DNA of 64,000 nucleotides from Ophelia neglecta (Eukaryota): NCBI GenBank assembly GCA_965285935.1, contig OZ260661.1, positions 36,332,001 to 36,396,000 of the forward strand, read 5' to 3'. Shown piece by piece: positions 39,293 to 52,098 of this stretch (position 1 is its first letter; each line of letters starts with the position of its first letter). The notes under the pieces were generated by a model. It saw only the letters and a program-made list of their open reading frames with translations, ran no database searches and was not told where the DNA came from. The position numbers and the translations under genes were made by a program.

Positions 39293-40240
39293 TATGCTGG
39301 ACTTCCTTTACACAAATGATGTATACGCCTCGGTGGTCCCTTTACTATTTAGTGCCAACGATGAAACCTTAAAATAGAATTTAATCTATGGTCTAGAGTC
39401 TTATATAGGCAGCACCGGGCGGTTTTAGTGTCTGTACATTGAAATGGCGGGACACAACTCGTTAAAATTAATTATCATTATTATTCTATTTTTTTACCAC
39501 TCATTTGTATTCCATTTATTTATTTATTTAGTTATTCTAACTACTGTACCCCCCCCCCCCAAAAAAAAAACACAAAACATTTGTTGATGTTATTTATTCG
39601 CCTTTACCTAAATGTTTTAAGCCTTATGAGTGTAATATTCATCTAAGTTGAAGTTTATACTTATTTATGACTAATGTGTGTAGCACGTGTTTATCAATCT
39701 GTTTATCTGTCTGTTTAGCTATGTTATGTCCATAGGTTAATTTACTTAAAAATGTATTGAAAGGCAGGGAGAATCCAATAGATTAGCCTCGCTAATATGA
39801 AATATGTCTAAACCGATTCTGGCCATGTGTATAGCAGCTTCTTGTATCCGCGAATTCTGCCTATTAAGGCCTATCTTTCTGAAGCCCAAGGGAGTGTCCT
39901 GGATCGGACGGTATACCAAGTCATTTTTATAGTATCTTTTATACAAAGTACCCTGCATTTTTTACCTAAACCTTTCAGAAAAATACTACTTCTGCCATTT
40001 GTTTTATGGGACAATCAAACTATATAATTATACACTATCGACTTACCTTTATAATTGTATTTATTCATGTAATTTATTTTCAATCTTTATTGTGCATTGT
40101 AAAGCGCCAAAGACCAATATGTGGCTCTGTATAAAGTATAAAAAAAAATAATGATTTCCAACATCTGTTTAGTAAGGTTGGGACACTGAGAAAAGTACAT
40201 TTAGGTAGTATATGCGTATAACGCCGTAATCGTCCAAAAT
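39293..40240. repeat. Left copy of the ~950-bp direct repeat flanking the LINE
   Basis: tatgctggacttcc...cgtccaaaat; matches 43660-44611 apart from a few substitutions and homopolymer/CA length differences. The ORF track shows identical 70-aa and 66-aa ORFs in both copies. Confidence 0.97.
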
Positions 40241-43200
40241 TTGTGACAAACAGCTAGATACGTTAGACCCATACAGACGGGGCAAGGGGGGGATAGGTTT
40301 CGTATGGAAAAAGCAATATGGGTCAGCCATAAAGACATTTGACCTGGCCAGTGATCGGGTGGCAGCAATTCAACTTAGGCTGGCTGAGAACCAATTGATA
40401 ACATTTATATGTGCGTATTTGCCCTCGTCATATTCAACCAAGGATGAATATATTGTAGCCTTGGAAAAATTGCAGATAACTTATGAAGAATTCAGTGACT
40501 ATAGCCAGGTTATCATTTTAGGGGACTTGAATGCGCCAGTACAAGGCCCACGAGGTGTTCAGTGTAGAACTAGCTTTAGATCTAGAGCCCTAGCGCAAAT
40601 GATAAATAAGTATGATCTCACTTCACTTACGGTGCAAGAAAAATGTCGTGGACCTGACTATACCTTTAAGCAGGAGGGTGGCTTCAAAAGCTTGATAGAT
40701 CATATACTTCTAGCAAAATCGAGTGCAGATCTATGCGTTAAAACGTATATCATAAACGAAGATCCTGCAAACGGCAGTGATCACTTGCCAGTGATCACAT
40801 CGTTAAAGATATACCGAATAGAGGTCAAATATGAAAAGAAGCAAAATAACTACCTCAACTGGCAAAAATGCAGCGCCGAGGAAATAAGAAACTCTTATGG
40901 ATTGCAAGTTAAGCAAATCGCTGTGTCGCTAGCCCTTCAATACGGTAATTGTACTGACAGCGTGGAGGTTGACGACTTCTATGACACGTTGGTTGCTGCA
41001 ATTAATAAGTGCGCTATTGAGAATATCCCGGTCACAACATTTAATCGGCATGTGAAACCCTTCTGGAAGGGAAGTGACCTACCAGACCTTCATGCGAAAA
41101 TGAGAGCTGCGAGGACAGAATTCGAAAATTCGCTGGCTACAGAAGAATAAATCAGTGTATAAGGATTGCAAGCGAAAATTTAGATGTGCAATGCGCACAC
41201 ATCAAGCTAAATTGTTGTTAGAGGTACATCAAGAGATAGAAGAAGCAGCCGAAGCGGACCAGAAAAAACTCTGTTATCTTGTAAGAAGGAGCCAGGTCCA
41301 AATTGGCAGAACAGTTAATGAACTTAAAATCAATAACACTGTGTACAGAGGTACGGGCGAAATGCTGGTTAAGTGGCATGAGTATTTTCGTGACCTTTAC
41401 ACGCCGTCCACAGACCCAACCTTCGATGATAGACACAAGGCGTTGGTTGATGATGAATACACCTGTATACTTAATAAATGTCATCAAGAAGTTGATACAA
41501 TTATGAACAATCCTTTCACGTATGAGGAGGTAAAGTCTGTGATTAGAGGCCTGAAATCAAAAAAGGCCCCTGGAGGCGACGCTGTCACGCATGAGCATCT
41601 TAAGTATGGCGGGGGCTCATTGGTGAAGGCCTTGATGGTATTGTACAATAACATGTGTAAGCTCATGCACATCCCTGACAAGCTCAAATATGGTCAAACA
41701 ATTGTATTATTCAAAGGCACAAAAAAGTACCAAGACGACCGAAAAAATCACAGGGGGATAACCTTGCTTTCAGTTATCTACAAAGTATTCGAAAGGCTGA
41801 CCCTTCATAGGTTCAAGGTCTGGTTGGCTGTAAATCAAATGAACTTCCCCCATCCCTTGCAATGTGCATACCAGCAGGGTGCCTCCAGTCAGATGACATC
41901 TTTAACTGTACAAGAATGTGTGAACCACCATTTAGAAATGGGAGCAAAAGTATTTGCATGCTTTTTAGACTCCTCCTCTGCCTTTGATCTTATATGGCAC
42001 GAGGGGCTGTTTGTAAAATTACATAGGTTAGGTATTAAGGGGGTATTCTGGAGGATTTTAGTTGAAAGTTATGGAAACATGACTAATCAAGTATTGTTAA
42101 ATGGGGAGAAATCAGACCATATTCCCGTTAAACAATCTGTCAGGCAGAAGTCCGTTTGGGGCCCCCAATTGTTCATGCTTTTTTACGACGGAATGTTGGA
42201 AGAACTTGAAGCGTCTGGTGCAGGCGCAGAGGTCAATGGCGTATTCTGTGGCTGCCCGACGCAAGCAGATGACGTCGTATTGCTGTCGCTGACACCCATG
42301 GGGCTACAGACAATGATAGATATCTGCTATGAGTATTCAAGAAAATGGCGATTCCTGTTTAATCACACAAAGTCCAGTGTCATGGTCTTCCAAACAAATA
42401 AACGCAAAAAAGTCACTTTTAAATGGAAACTTGGGGGAAATTTAATACCCGTCGTGGAAGAAGTGACCCATGTAGGAATGACTTTAAGCAACATAATGTC
42501 ATCAAAATCACACATAACAGACTCGTGTATTAAGATGAAGGGCAGACTTGCAGCTATGTGCAGACTAGGTGCTGGTCCTTTGACAAACCTTTCCCTGCTC
42601 AAATCTGTAGTACTGAGTAGTGCATTGTACGGGTGTGAGCTTTGGAGCGATATGACCATGGAAGAGATGAAAGCCATAGAGAGGGCATGGCGACATTGTG
42701 TCAAAACCGTACAACATTTTCACCCAAGAACAAGAACTGATGTGGCATTGTTTTGTCTGGGAGTACCCTCAGCTGAGGCCTTAATTGATATTCAAAAGCT
42801 AGCCCTTTTTGGTAGAATGGTCAATTTATGCCAAAAGTTCTCGGCTAAAGTTCTGTTTGTTAAAAGACTGTTCAGGGCTTTAGCCCCAGTTGTGGGTCGT
42901 GTAAAACAAAGAGGTTTTACAAGTGATGCTGTCAGTTTATTATATAAATACAATCTCGAAGAAACGCTACATATATACATAGAAACTTCACACTTTCCCT
43001 CAAAGAAGGTATGGAGGGCCATGGTTAAAGAAGCTGTCCATCAGAAGTGGAATCACGGTCTGAGGGATCGTGTGCATTCAGACCCTGAGCTTGCCCTATT
43101 AAAAGACTTGGGTGACTCGAGTGTGCCCAACAGACTGTGGACTTTACACAGGAATGCTGGTTTTGCGGCCCGGTTGGTGTTAGGTCTGACGTTCCTTTTG

Positions 43201-43659
43201 TCCATTCCAGCTGGTCGACAGGGGCAGTGCTATCATTGTGACAGTAAACTCGTCGATTTTCGTATCCATGTATTGTGTTTCTGCTCTCACTTCTATATTC
43301 AGAGGGAATTGTTTTGGTTAGGTCTAAGCCACTTTCCAGTTGATTTAGAACGTGATCTAAACAACTATGACGAAGAAGATTTTGTCAAGGTAGTTCTAGG
43401 CACAAAAAGCTTAAATAGTAAATGGGATGAGATCGAAGACTATCTTCTCATGCATTCGGCCAAGTCATTTGGTTCAGTGGGAGTTCACTTAAGAAGCTGT
43501 AACCAATGTAAAAGTCACATATATTTGTAAGAGTTACAAACTAACTTTATTTGATATTTATACTATATTGTTATGTAAATAGCAGTTTTCATTGTCAACT
43601 TTAATTATTCTCTGTATGGAGTACTCTTCTTTATAGGAGGAAATAAATAAATATATATA
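40241..43659 (+). mobile_element. 5'-truncated non-LTR retrotransposon (LINE, APE endonuclease + RT; clade uncertain, RTE-X-like or CR1/L2 group)
   Basis: The frame opens at 40242 inside the APE domain (RGKGGIGFVWKK, YLPS, ILGDLNA, SLIDHIL, SDHLPV). Frameshift near 41150. RT ORF 41155-43530 (KAPGGD, HRGITLLS, FLDSSSAFD, QADD, LYGCELW, C-terminal CxxC..H...C). 3' tail aaataaataaatatatatat. Confidence 0.93.
41155..43530 (+). pseudogene. LINE ORF2 reverse-transcriptase portion, split from the endonuclease portion (40242-41150) by a frameshift
   Basis: 791-aa open frame with the RT motifs listed for the element; the EN and RT parts are in different frames. Confidence 0.85.
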
Positions 43660-44611
43660 TATGCTGGACTTCCTTTACACAAATGATGTATACGCCTCGG
43701 TGGTCCCTTTACTATTTAGTGCCAACGATGAAACCTTAAAATAGAATTTAATCTATGGTCTAGAGTCTTATATAGGCAGCACCGGGCGGTTTTAGTGTCT
43801 GTACATTGAAATGGCGGGACACAACTCGTTAAAATTAATTATCATTATTATTCTATTTTTTTACCACTCATTTGTATTCCATTTATTTATTTATTTAGTT
43901 ATTCTAACTACTGTACCCCCCCCCCCCCCAAAAAAAAAAACACACAAAACATTTGTTGATGTTATTTATTCGCCTTTACCTAAATGTTTTAAGCCTTATG
44001 AGTGTAATATTCATCTAAGTTGTAGTTTATACTTATTTATGACTAATGTGTGTAGCACGTGTTTATCAATCTGTTTATCTGTCTGTTTAGCTATGTTATG
44101 TCCATAGGTTAATTTACTTAAAAATGTATTGAAAGGCAGGGAGAATCCAATAGATTAGCCTCGCTAATATGAAATATGTCTAAACCGATTCTGGCCATGT
44201 GTATAGCAGCTTCTTGTATCCGCGAATTCTGCCTATTAAGGCCTATCTTTCTGAAGCCCAAGGGAGTGTCCTGGATCGGACGGTATACCAAGTCATTTTT
44301 ATAGTATCTTTTATACAAAGTACCCTGCATTTTTTACCTAAACCTTTCAGAAAAATACTACTTCTGCCATTTGTTTTATGGGACAATCAAACTATATAAT
44401 TATACACTATCGACTTACCTTTATAATTGTATTTATTCATGTAATTTATTTTCAATCTTTATTGTGCATTGTAAAGCGCCAAAGACCAATATGTGGCTCT
44501 GTATAAAGTATAAAAAAATTAATGATTTCCAACATCTGTTTAGTAAGGTTGGGACACTGAGAAAAGTACATTTAGGTAGTATATACGTATAACGCCGTAA
44601 CCGTCCAAAAT
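43660..44611. repeat. Right copy of the ~950-bp direct repeat flanking the LINE
   Basis: Starts immediately after the LINE (AT)n tail and ends at cgtccaaaat. Confidence 0.97.
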
Positions 44612-45412
44612 GAGATCAGTAGTACATCGACGCCGGGTTTTGAGGAGGGCATACTTGACTGGTTTGGCTCTAAACATAAGGCCGGAAAGACCAATATTAT
44701 ATACTAATTATTATATGTGAAACAAACATAGTTGAGATATAACACCTTTTTCTAGGACAGTTATATTGACTGTAAACCCCATTTTTTTTATTTTGCTATA
44801 AGTATGTTTATACTACTATATGTACGTTTATATAAGTAAATCTCACTTCGACAGTAGTAAGGTCATTTCTCGTATTTATTGAAACCAAGAAGAATTAAAG
44901 GGTTTAAAGTTATTTATAATTAATCCATATGCAAATCTTTGCTTTATCATTAATTCTGGTTCATTATACCAAACTACAAAATAATTTTTCTATGCAAATG
45001 TGAAAATGAACAGATACTTTTTTCCCAAACTGGAAACTCATCTCATTCTCAGGAAATCCCGCGTGGTTATGAAACAGCTCACTAGGGGCGACTAGCGGAC
45101 ACTACTTGCATATGAGCAGTGTCTTTAGTGTGAAGAGTGAATCACAGCTAAGGCTATTATTGTAGATGCGTTGGGTTGGTTTGAAAGAAGAGCCAATATG
45201 ATCAATATTTCATTGATTCAAGACATGTCCTAAGGTCGAATAGGAGTGATTCACCCTACCCTTTCTGGGGAAATCTACAGGTAAACAAAAATTTACAAAA
45301 AAAAACAAAAGAAGTATAAAGTGCTGTGCTACTTTATTTTTTTCATTGTACAACTATTTACATTAAAAGTATTCATCATCAATCGATAAAAGTTAAAAGT
45401 CATGCTATGAAT

Positions 45413-48400
45413 TTAAATGTTCAGTTGCTTCAGGGCCTTAACGAGGGATGTCACATCCTTCAGCAAAGTAGCCCTCTTCTGGTCATTGGCTAAAAGTAAA
45501 TACAACATTTAGACATTCATTGGAACTGTAATGAAAATTATATTTAACTATTGTCCCCTACAGCAACATTAGAATCCTAGGCAATTACGTATTATAAAAT
45601 CTGTACAGAACAGATGTAACATGGTTTTCTTCTCATTTGGACAATCATGTACCTAATAATACACTTTATATAAATAACCTATATTATCCCGATAGTTCAA
45701 TGAGCTTGCCGTGGTGCCAGTGGATTACATGTATGAACGGTGTCCTAAGATTATTCAGGCACACAACAAGATAACGCTAAAAATGTTTAATGTTATCCTG
45801 ACCCTTGTAAAGCACTTATATAGCCGTCAGTTGAACATTTCTAAACATATTTAACTTTCTAAAGGAGGGTGTAGGGGCTACAACAGGAACTATCTTTCCT
45901 AAATCACCAACCAGATTTTGTTAAAGCAGCCTTACGTATTACAAACATCACACAGAGTAGTATAGTATATTCTATGATGAAACTATTTTGTATCTTACCT
46001 TTATTAACATTGTTCTGACCGTTGCTATCGTATTTCAGGGCGTCGCCAATCGTGTTAGCTACTATCATCAGATTGACAGCGTCCTCGCCGATGCTCTCAA
46101 GGTGCGATGACATGGTGTCGACGAGAATGAGGGCAGCACGACCAGTCAGTTGATCTGGGGGATAAAATTAATATAAATCGATGTCTGAATAAAATGTAAT
46201 GGCCATTAAAATAACTTAAAATCGACTGTGCGGAATTAACGTTTCATCTGCTCACAATGTATCCAATGTTTAGGGAGCGTTCATTATTTATGGCCGGGGG
46301 GGGGGTGGTAAATTTGGGGGGGGGACAGTTTTTTTTCAACCCATTTCCATTTTCTGTCTTTGATGGGGGGGGGGGCAATTTTTTTCCACCTATTTCTGAG
46401 GGGGGGGGCAATTTTTTTCCCACCTATTTCCAGGGGGGGGGCAATTTTTTTTTGACGTACTCATTTCAAAAATTTACTACCACCCCCCCCCCCCCCGGCC
46501 ATAAATAATGAACGCTCCCTTAGGAAAGTAAGAATACATTCTCTCTATCTCTCTCTCCCTCTCTTATGGAGGTGGTCTGTTTAGACAGGTTTCTTTTACA
46601 ATGAAAGCATACACTGTGGTTTGCATATCATTGGTCTGAATTGACAGGTGGTATTAATATATAGGTGGTCCACAAATATTTTAGGCTAAATTCTCAACGT
46701 GAAGGGTCGGCCATTGACTTAGCCGAAGGAAATTTCAAGACATGGTTTAATTTGTACCCAGATATTGTTAAAAGCACCGGTATTAATTCAATGTGTACCT
46801 TCACATTTATCATCAGCCGCGAATGACTATAGTTAATTGTTATTGTTAATCTGTTTGATGGACTATAAAAGTTCATGGTCGTACCGGCTGCCTTCAGATT
46901 GTCCATGTACTGGCTGTATTCCTTGACGTCTCTGATCATACAACTGATATCACTGCGGAGTGACGCCCCTACATCGTTCAACTTCCCTAGGAGGTTATTA
47001 CCCAAACTGGCAAAGTCCCATTTGCTAGCTTCCACTGAAAACAAATGTATTACATCAGTATATTATTCAGTTTAAGGAGGGGGTTGGTAGTTAATATGGG
47101 GCATCTAGATGGCCAGTCTAAAGATGTGGCTAGATTTAGAGATAGTCTGCTTAATATAAACAAATATAAAGAGTGTGTAAGGTAATCTATCAGTGTCTCT
47201 CCAAAAAAGTCTCCGACACAAAGTTCGTCATTACAGAAACTGTTATAGTATTCAAATCATTATACACACACTTTATGAATATTATCGTTGTTGGGTGTTT
47301 TAATGTCTCAATAACATCCACCTTTTGCCGCCCGAAGAGTAAAGTCTTTAACTTGTACAGCACTCTTGCAATGCCGTTTTTCACACACAAAAACTATTTC
47401 AAAAAAGGTAAATAACTTGCCCTTTCTTTACACTATAATATGGTATTACATGAAATTAAATAAATACTACCAAGTTTGCAGACTCAGAGGTGTAAATATT
47501 ACTATTTGAAATGACATTTGAAATAATATGACCAGAATTACAGGTTTTAAATGTAAAGGGGGATAGTGTTAGTACTAGGGAAATGATGACAAATAACACT
47601 ACAAGAACGCTGGTGTTTTTTCTTTGGTACTGATGTGACACTATGATATTGTTATTATACTGTCGAATATGTTAATGATGTAATATGTAGGTATTGGCAA
47701 TTGTGTATATATCTCTAAATTGTATGAAGGTATTTTGGTATATCCGTTGTCTTTGTTTGACCGTTAATGGCAACGCTACTATAAGGGCTATCATTCATTT
47801 TGTAGATTAATTGATGTCTTCATAAGCTTCGGATACTTGGGTCACTTAGTTCATCAGTATTGTTTGACGTAAAGCATGTATTCTTCTCGAATAAACCATT
47901 TACTTTGTTAAACCGCCAAGATTGATTGATAGATTTCTTTATTCCTCCTTAGTAGGGGAGTAACGGTGGGTGTCCTACTGAAGACGCTGTCACGATTAGG
48001 AAACTACTAATGTAAGCCCGAACCCGGGTTCCAGGAAATAACCCGGGTTCTTGTCTTTTTTGAAGAACTCGGTTTCTGGGGAAGTTTCTTTCGTTATCAA
48101 ACAGTACAATAGGCCGCCACAAGAAGAGTCGGTGGGTTTAGACAGTAGTATAGGAAACAAAGTAGTTTACTAGACAGAAGTAGCAGAAATAGAACACGAA
48201 TAGAAATAGAAATAGAATACTTACACACTTTCCAGACGAGAGTTCCAGCATTGTTACATTTTGCGGCGGTTCTAAAACCAGTAACGCCTACAAGTAAAAT
48301 AGTCTGTGTTTGTTTCTATGGTAATCTATAATTGCGCTTGAAGGGGAAACCATAACATACACAAGGCAGAAAGTGACTCTTTCTTTAGTCAAACATGACA

Positions 48401-51400
48401 TAAATCAATAGGCCTAAGTTTACATAATACTTATGGCATAAAGTGCTGAAATTAATTGAGCATTCTCCAATTAAAGAATGAATCGGTTGAACATCTTTTA
48501 AATCCTTGAAATAATTATTAGTATTTATATCAAATGCACAAAATGACCAATCAACGAAGGAGGACATTTGAGTCCGGACCCGCCTTTCTCTCCGGGAGTA
48601 CCTCCTCAAGTGTGTGGGATGAGGGTCCCCTGTCAGGTTGGCGCAAGGTAGCCTACATGCCCCACTGTGGGAGGAGACACACACCCCACACCATCATCAC
48701 GATAAGGGAATCGCCCCTCCCACTAATTCCCAAACTTTAGAATCGGCATGGTTTGGCCCCTTTGCAAGGAGAACCCCCCCCCCCCCTCCAGTATGAAGCA
48801 GAATATGGGGGATACATACCGGCGAATTCCATGCGGATTCGAACGGGCAAGATCAAGGCATGCGCACACATTCCCTTCATCAGCGTACTTTGCACAGAGC
48901 CTAGAAAGGTCTCCAGCACTTGGCCGTGCAGTGCAATGAAGTTTTCGGGGGTGACATTGGTATCTGGAAGCATATAAATGTACCATCAGGATTATAGAGA
49001 GAAATTATAAGACAAATTCAATAATAAAATAGGGTCTGTCAAATTGTGACTGGTTTACATACTTCTATGTTCTAAAATGTGTTTAATCTACAGGTCTATA
49101 TTCTTTTGTGTCTATAGCCAAGTGTGATCCATTTGAAACTAGGCCTAGGCCTAGACAATTTCAAGAGCTGTCAAAATGAATTGAATCCATTAGATGTGCG
49201 CGTCTGTTTGGGCAAATATGTGTCGAAAATATAGTGTAACTTAAGTATGTTAAGCGAGATCTACTACTCTGGCAAATAAGCTGGTTGGCCGTATAGTCCT
49301 ACCTTCCAAAGCGGTTTCCAAGGCCGTCAGAGATGCCTTGTGGGTGTCAAGGTCGGCGCTAGCATCACTGGCTCCACCTCTGATAGTGTCCAGAATTCCC
49401 TGGAGTTCTGCTGTGCCAACTTTAAGAAAAAAACGGAGGAAATAAGATGCAGTTTGGATACCGACATGATTGGTTTAAATATCCTCATATTAAAGGGTTG
49501 ATAACAGCCTGAAGACTAGTCGATCTATACCAGTACCGCTTCTATAATAAGCAGCCGCGCCAGTTTGAAAAAAAATTGTAACTGTTATTTAAGCGACGTA
49601 AAATGACTTCTACTCTTATAAAAACCTTTCGTACCAGGAGGCATCACACCAGATTCCATGGAGGCCCAAACGGCAGGCAAGTCAATGCCACAGTGCTCCA
49701 AAATCAGGGCGTTATAGTCGAACCCGCCGGGCGTTGCGGCCGGCCCGTCGACGTGGTCGGAGTCAGACCACGGGCCGACAGATTCATCACTCTTTCCCTT
49801 GGACTTATCATTTTTTAAATTATCAAGCTGAAACGTAAACAATATGTTTGTGAGAACAAAACAACAAACAACAATATAACCATACAATGATGAATAATTT
49901 AGACAATAGTGGAATAATGTTATGTAATAATTAATGTAGTGCCCACCAGAAAACCTTAGGAAAATGCCCTCTTGATAGTTTGCTACCTAACTGTCCGAAT
50001 GACTTTTTTTTTTACATCCAATACTTGATTGACTTATGTTGTTGATCGAACACGAAATCTGTACCTTCTCCCTTATTTTTTTTATCTAAAGTTCAATAGT
50101 TTTGCAACGTACCAGAACTCTACGTCAAGCACCTAGGGGAGAATCGTATTATAGTTAGGTCTAGAACTTAACCGAAACTGTACATTCTCCCCTGCTTTTA
50201 AGCCAGCGTTTCAAGGGAATTGGGACGTACAATTACGCTACGTCAAAGATTTTCGCAACATTCGTATTAGTGAACTCAAGAAGTAAACATAAACTCTCTT
50301 CATTCTCCCTTTTTAATTTATCTATAGTTACCAGACATTGCCAAGACGGGCGGAACATCCATACTAGTAGCTCTAGAAATTAACATTAACTTTGTCTCCT
50401 TTATTGTTATCTAAATTTTTAAGAGTTACCTTAACTCAAGCAGGCTACAGCTTTCTTTAAAGTTTGTTAGCCAATATGAACTTCTGGTAACCTCGATCAC
50501 AATTTTATCGTTAGTTTCATCTATCAACATATTTCAGTTACAGAAAATAAATAGCATTTCTGGAAGTGATTTCCCAAAGTTCAACTATTTTTGAAAGGAA
50601 AGGGTGTGGTGGAATTTGTAATTGAATTGGCAGCATGTATTCCTTCTGGGTCAAAGGTTTTTATCATTGAACCGAGACATTGACACAGGAGAAACACCTT
50701 TATGCAAGACATATATTTGGTTAAGGACTTGAGTTACAATAAGGGTTTCCGCATGAGTGTAATAATTCGTGCTAAGAAACACGAGAAAGGAAATGATTGT
50801 GGTGTCTATTGTATGACTTGAATAGCTTCTCACGGTGTGTGCCGTTGGTCAATAGATGACAGAACATCCATTATTTATAGAAGTAAGGATTATACATTGG
50901 CCAGGTCAAAAATGGTAACAACCGGGAGGTCTAAACACAGTCCATTATTTCCACAGGGAAAGTTTCAGTTAGAAATGCCTTTTTATTACTTTCTCCTGGA
51001 ATCTGAAGGAAATTTTCATGTTAAAGTGAAAATTGTTTAAAAGCTGTTTGTCCTAATAGGAGGACCGTATGGGTAAGTATTAAGGCAAAGTATAGTAAAT
51101 GTCCTTTTGTGAACGAACCTCCCCCCCCCCGGTTGCCACGGTAACTGTAGTTGGCATGGTATTGATCCTGAGATTGAGACTACTGCACTCATTATTTTCA
51201 TTACCGCATTACATCGTTCTCACCGCCTACTAATGTGTCGCCCCCCCCCCCCCCCCCCCCCGCCTGCGTGTGCTGTCCTATCCCTCTAATTAGGGTCAAA
51301 ATTAAAGGGCTGCGAATGATTTTAATATAGGCCTAACTTAAACAAAAATAACGCAAACACGTATTTGATTCAGTTAGTCAGTGTCTATTTGAACTAATCA

Positions 51401-52004
51401 CATACATAAAGTTAATCAAACTGTCTCTTTAAATGTGAAACAATATATCGGATGCATTCTTCGTAATATGAGGCAAATTATAGATGAAAGGAAGAAATGC
51501 CATTTTCGTCAAGAGGTGAAGAGGAAAAACATGCCATTTTCGACACTTACACACCATGTTTAAATGAAGCTTATCTTGTATTTCCATGTACACAAGCACT
51601 TCGTGCTCTACTGAAATTCATTGGATAAGCAAATACTTGTGTAGACTTAACATACAGTACTTCTCCATAAATGGTGAATAGACCCATTATTTCTTTTGGA
51701 AGAATTCAACTTATTATAAAATATGGACACGAAAAAGTGCACATCAACTGGAAGTAATTTTTTTGCAATTTCTTAACTCCGCCATTTCGCAAAAGCTTTG
51801 AAGACAAATATATATATCAAAAATGAAATTTTCAAGTTTCCTTCACCAGCCGAACAGATGTATGCTTTTAATCCAAATCTAAATTAATAATTAGATAAAT
51901 ATGCTTACCAGTTTAGCGATCCTCTCAAGTTCTACCTTATTCATACTTCTGGCCCAGGTCTGGCCGGCAAGGGCCACGATCAGTAAAACGGCTAAGACTT
52001 TCAT
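45413..52004 (-). CDS. Gene A: uncharacterised secreted, predicted alpha-helical protein, 283 aa, 7 coding exons
   Basis: Exons 52004-51909, 49827-49635, 49419-49303, 48287-48225, 47034-46885, 46154-45999, 45489-45413. All introns GT-AG, phases 0,1,1,1,1,1, joining into one stop-free ORF: MKVLAVLLIVALAGQTWARSMNKVELERIAKL|LDNLKNDKSKG...GVMPP|VGTAELQGIL...ETALE|GVTGFRTAAKCNNAGTLVWKV|LEASKWDF...DNLKAA|DQLTGRAAL...NNVNK|ANDQKRATLLKDVTSLVKALKQLNI*. Hydrophobic signal peptide; TATA-like element near 52091-52098; AATAAA at 45338-45333. Confidence 0.85.
46273..46519. mobile_element. Harbinger/Tourist-like MITE in gene A intron 5
   Basis: TIRs gggagcgttcattatttatggccggggg / cccccggccataaataatgaacgctccc; TTA target duplication at 46270-46272 and 46520-46522. 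Confidence 0.88.
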
Positions 52005-52090
52005 GATCGGGTTCTGTGGATGCCTCTCTGTTCTCGAAGTACTGCGACAGTTGCTGTCTTCTCGTTGGTCATGAGTTATTGAAATCACCC

Positions 52091-52098
52091 CTTATAAA
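52091..52098 (-). promoter_or_regulatory. Putative TATA box of gene A
   Basis: TTTATAAG on the minus strand, about 90 bp upstream of ATG 52004. Confidence 0.45.

Noticed and set aside
39293-44611. LTR retrotransposon
   Set aside because: The interior is an APE-RT LINE with a simple-repeat tail; I saw no gag, protease, integrase, TG..CA ends or primer-binding site.
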